Of a stretch of DNA of 64,000 nt, positions 61,680-64,000 are shown piece after piece. Position numbers and translations under genes: made by a program. The notes under the pieces are model-generated. The model made no database searches and was not told the origin of the DNA. It was given only the letters and a program-made list of their open reading frames with translations. This DNA comes from Octopus sinensis. Lineage: Eukaryota. Every line of letters begins with the position of its first letter. Position 1 is the stretch's first letter. Location: positions 19,530,001-19,594,000 of the forward strand of contig NC_043001.1 in assembly GCF_006345805.1 (NCBI RefSeq), read 5' to 3'.

Positions 61680-61837
61680 CTAAATGTTAAAAATCACAAA
61701 CATCACTGCTAATACTAATAACATGTAGTTGATTACTGCACTGGATGGAGCTGTATTACAGCCATCCTGGTCGCAATAACACGTCTCTGTGAACACACCA
61801 GCTTCATCCCAAACCCACTGGCAACCCCAAGCGACAC
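61680..61837 (-). CDS. Terminal coding exon of a Ly6/uPAR (quiver/sleepless-type) GPI-anchored three-finger protein
   Basis: Strong acceptor TTTTTTCTCTTATTTCATTTAG| at 61838, phase 1. Translation VAWGCQWVWDEAGVFTETCYCDQDGCNTAPSSAVINYMLLVLAVMFVIFNI*. The CYCxxDGCN motif followed by small residues and a hydrophobic tail matches LU-domain C-termini with a GPI signal. Upstream exons were not found in the window. Confidence 0.85.
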
Positions 61838-62107
61838 CTAAATGAAATAAGAGAAAAAAGGCTTTTAAATCAATTCTTGAATTTACAGATTTTTAAAAAA
61901 GAAAATTTTTAAATACATTTATTGAAAGTATTTACAAAAACATTTACAAAAAAAAAATTAATAATTCTGATACAATGAGGGTGAAAACTGTATCTCTAGC
62001 ATAAAAGTGTACTTTCATTTTCAATGTATTTACAAATTTAATTATAAGATAATTAACAATCAATCTAAAAATGCCCTGTCTACATTTATAAATGTGTTTA
62101 TTAAATA

Positions 62108-62292
62108 GGGAGAGTTTACGAAACAAACAAGACGAAGACAGGTGGTGTACAAAATAAAGAGATGTATTAGCATAATGCTCAGGAATAGAAAAAGTCTTTT
62201 ACGTTTCAAGCCTACGCTCTTCTACAGAAAGGGACACAGAGAAAACAAGGAGAGAAAAAAATGTGTGTAGTGGCTAAAGATCTATCATGGCG
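62108..62292 (-). mobile_element. Penelope-like pseudo-LTR fragment with a hammerhead-like core (intronic)
   Basis: Copy of 22410-22600; core at 62194-62235. Confidence 0.5.
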
Positions 62293-62889
62293 ACTGTTTA
62301 TTAAATATATCCTTAAATACCATATTAAATTTTATACTTTATTTGGAGAGAGAAGTGGGGACAGCTACAGAGAAATTTAACTCAAAATGATGTTTTCAAA
62401 GTTTCTCTCAACAATTATGTAATACTCTGAATAAAAGTCAGACAGGTCCTAAGTCCATAGGTTTGTTCAGTCAGGGTGGGCATGGGTCCTGAACAACATT
62501 TTCAGACACTTAATCTGGTTGTCTTTGTTTTGATTTCTTTCTTCCATTACAATTAATCTTGAAATCGTTAATCTTAGTTTTCCTTTATTTGATAAACATC
62601 TTTAGCAATTTGATGCTAATCATATATTAATTATAAGAATAATGGATATGGAAGATATTTAGTTTGGTTTTTTTTCATTTCCATGTTGATTTGAAGATTT
62701 TATTTTAATGAACAGAGGAGTAACATATCGATTGTGATAGTTTTACTTAATTAACTTTAGTCATATCAAGATTAATAGAATTGCTAGAGCAGTGGACATT
62801 TAAGAAAACTGAGGAAAGAATTTTCTAGAAAGCTCAACAGAGAAATGATGTGCCTGAGAAGAAAAGCAGGTGACACATTTAAAGGTCTT

Positions 62890-63450
62890 CATCATCATCA
62901 TCATCATCATCGTCGTTTAACGTCCGCTTTCCATGCTAGCATGGGTTGGACGGTTTGACTGTGGGCCGGCGAACCAGATGGCTGCACCAGGCTTCAATCT
63001 TGATCTGGCAGAGTTTCTACAGCTGGATGCCCTTCCTAATGCCAACCACTCCGAGAGTGTAGTGGGTGCTTTTAGATGCCACCGGCACGGGAGCCAGTCA
63101 GGTGGTACTGGCAACGACCTCGTTCGAATTTTTTTACACATGCCAACGGCACAGGTGCCAGTAAGGCGATGGTGGTAACAATCCCACTCAAATGGTGCCC
63201 TTTTATGTGCCACGGGTACGGAAGCCAGTTAGCTGCTTTGGCAACGATCATGCTCGGATGGTGCTCTTAGCACCCTACTAGAACAGGGCACAAGTACCAG
63301 TAAGGTGAGGCTGGCAACGATCACACTCGAATGGTGCCTTTTATGTGCCACTCTGTCAACGATCACGCTCGTACGGTGCTCATGCCCGTCATCGAATTTC
63401 ACTTTGATTTTGATTTCGATTTCACTTGCCTCAACAGGTCTTCGCAAGCA
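62890..63450 (-). mobile_element. SINE family D (intronic)
   Basis: Homologous to 52690-53172; (CAT)n on the plus strand marks the tail. Confidence 0.72.
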
Positions 63451-64000
63451 GAGTTTTGATAGACTAAATCGATCTTAGGATGGTGTTTCAGTGATATTTT
63501 ATTTACACATTTGTTTGACTTTAAAACAAGGTTAACAGTATCAGTGAAGTAGTGGTATTGATTTAGTGACTGTATCCACCCAATAATTTATGACCGTTAG
63601 CCAATTGTAGTAATGTACCAATATCAACTAACCAGGAATGAATTGCAATAAGTACCTATATATAATCACTGCCTGGTAATTGATGAATACATCAAAAACT
63701 CAAGGACTGCTATATACTTCAATATAGAAAAAACAGTGGTTCAAGATAGACTGTACATTATATTTAAAAACTCTCAAATTGTTTCTAATTAGTAGCTAGT
63801 AAATTTTTCCTACTGCTGACTGAAAATGAAGTTTAAAGTGTATGTGGAACTACAGTAAACTATCACCCCATTCAAAGTATCACTACCATCTTTGAATAAT
63901 CACTATATTGGTTACTTATAGATATTAGATGTACTGCTCAATCTGTAGAAAAGGTGTAGGTAGAAACTCCATAAGATGTACCCAGTGTAAGCTACGGACA

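Overview
AT-rich, microsatellite- and transposon-dense animal DNA, most likely from an octopus (judged from the tRNA-derived SINE families, recognised by eye). Host genes: a tandem cluster of three same-strand, intronless class A GPCRs (10.8, 19.7 and 24.4 kb, minus strand), and the last coding exon of a GPI-anchored Ly6/quiver(sleepless)-type gene at 61680-61837 (minus), which the ORF track misses and whose upstream exons were not found in the window. The three receptors share HRM in place of DRY, an Arg at TM3 position 3.36 and loss of W6.48; one has lost the canonical disulfide. The rest is mobile DNA: a decayed autonomous Helitron whose Rep gene appears to carry a spliceosomal intron with a tandemly amplified donor site, several non-autonomous Helitrons, three R4/Dong fragments in (TAA)n arrays, RTE, CR1, Tx1 and Gypsy remnants, pogo and long-TIR mariner remnants, two Merlin-like MITEs, Penelope-like fragments with hammerhead-like cores, a 5S rRNA pseudogene, about 30 SINEs, a 2.4-kb array of a ~57-bp unit and several palindromes. 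All calls were made by eye without database searches, and approximate boundaries may be off by tens of bases.
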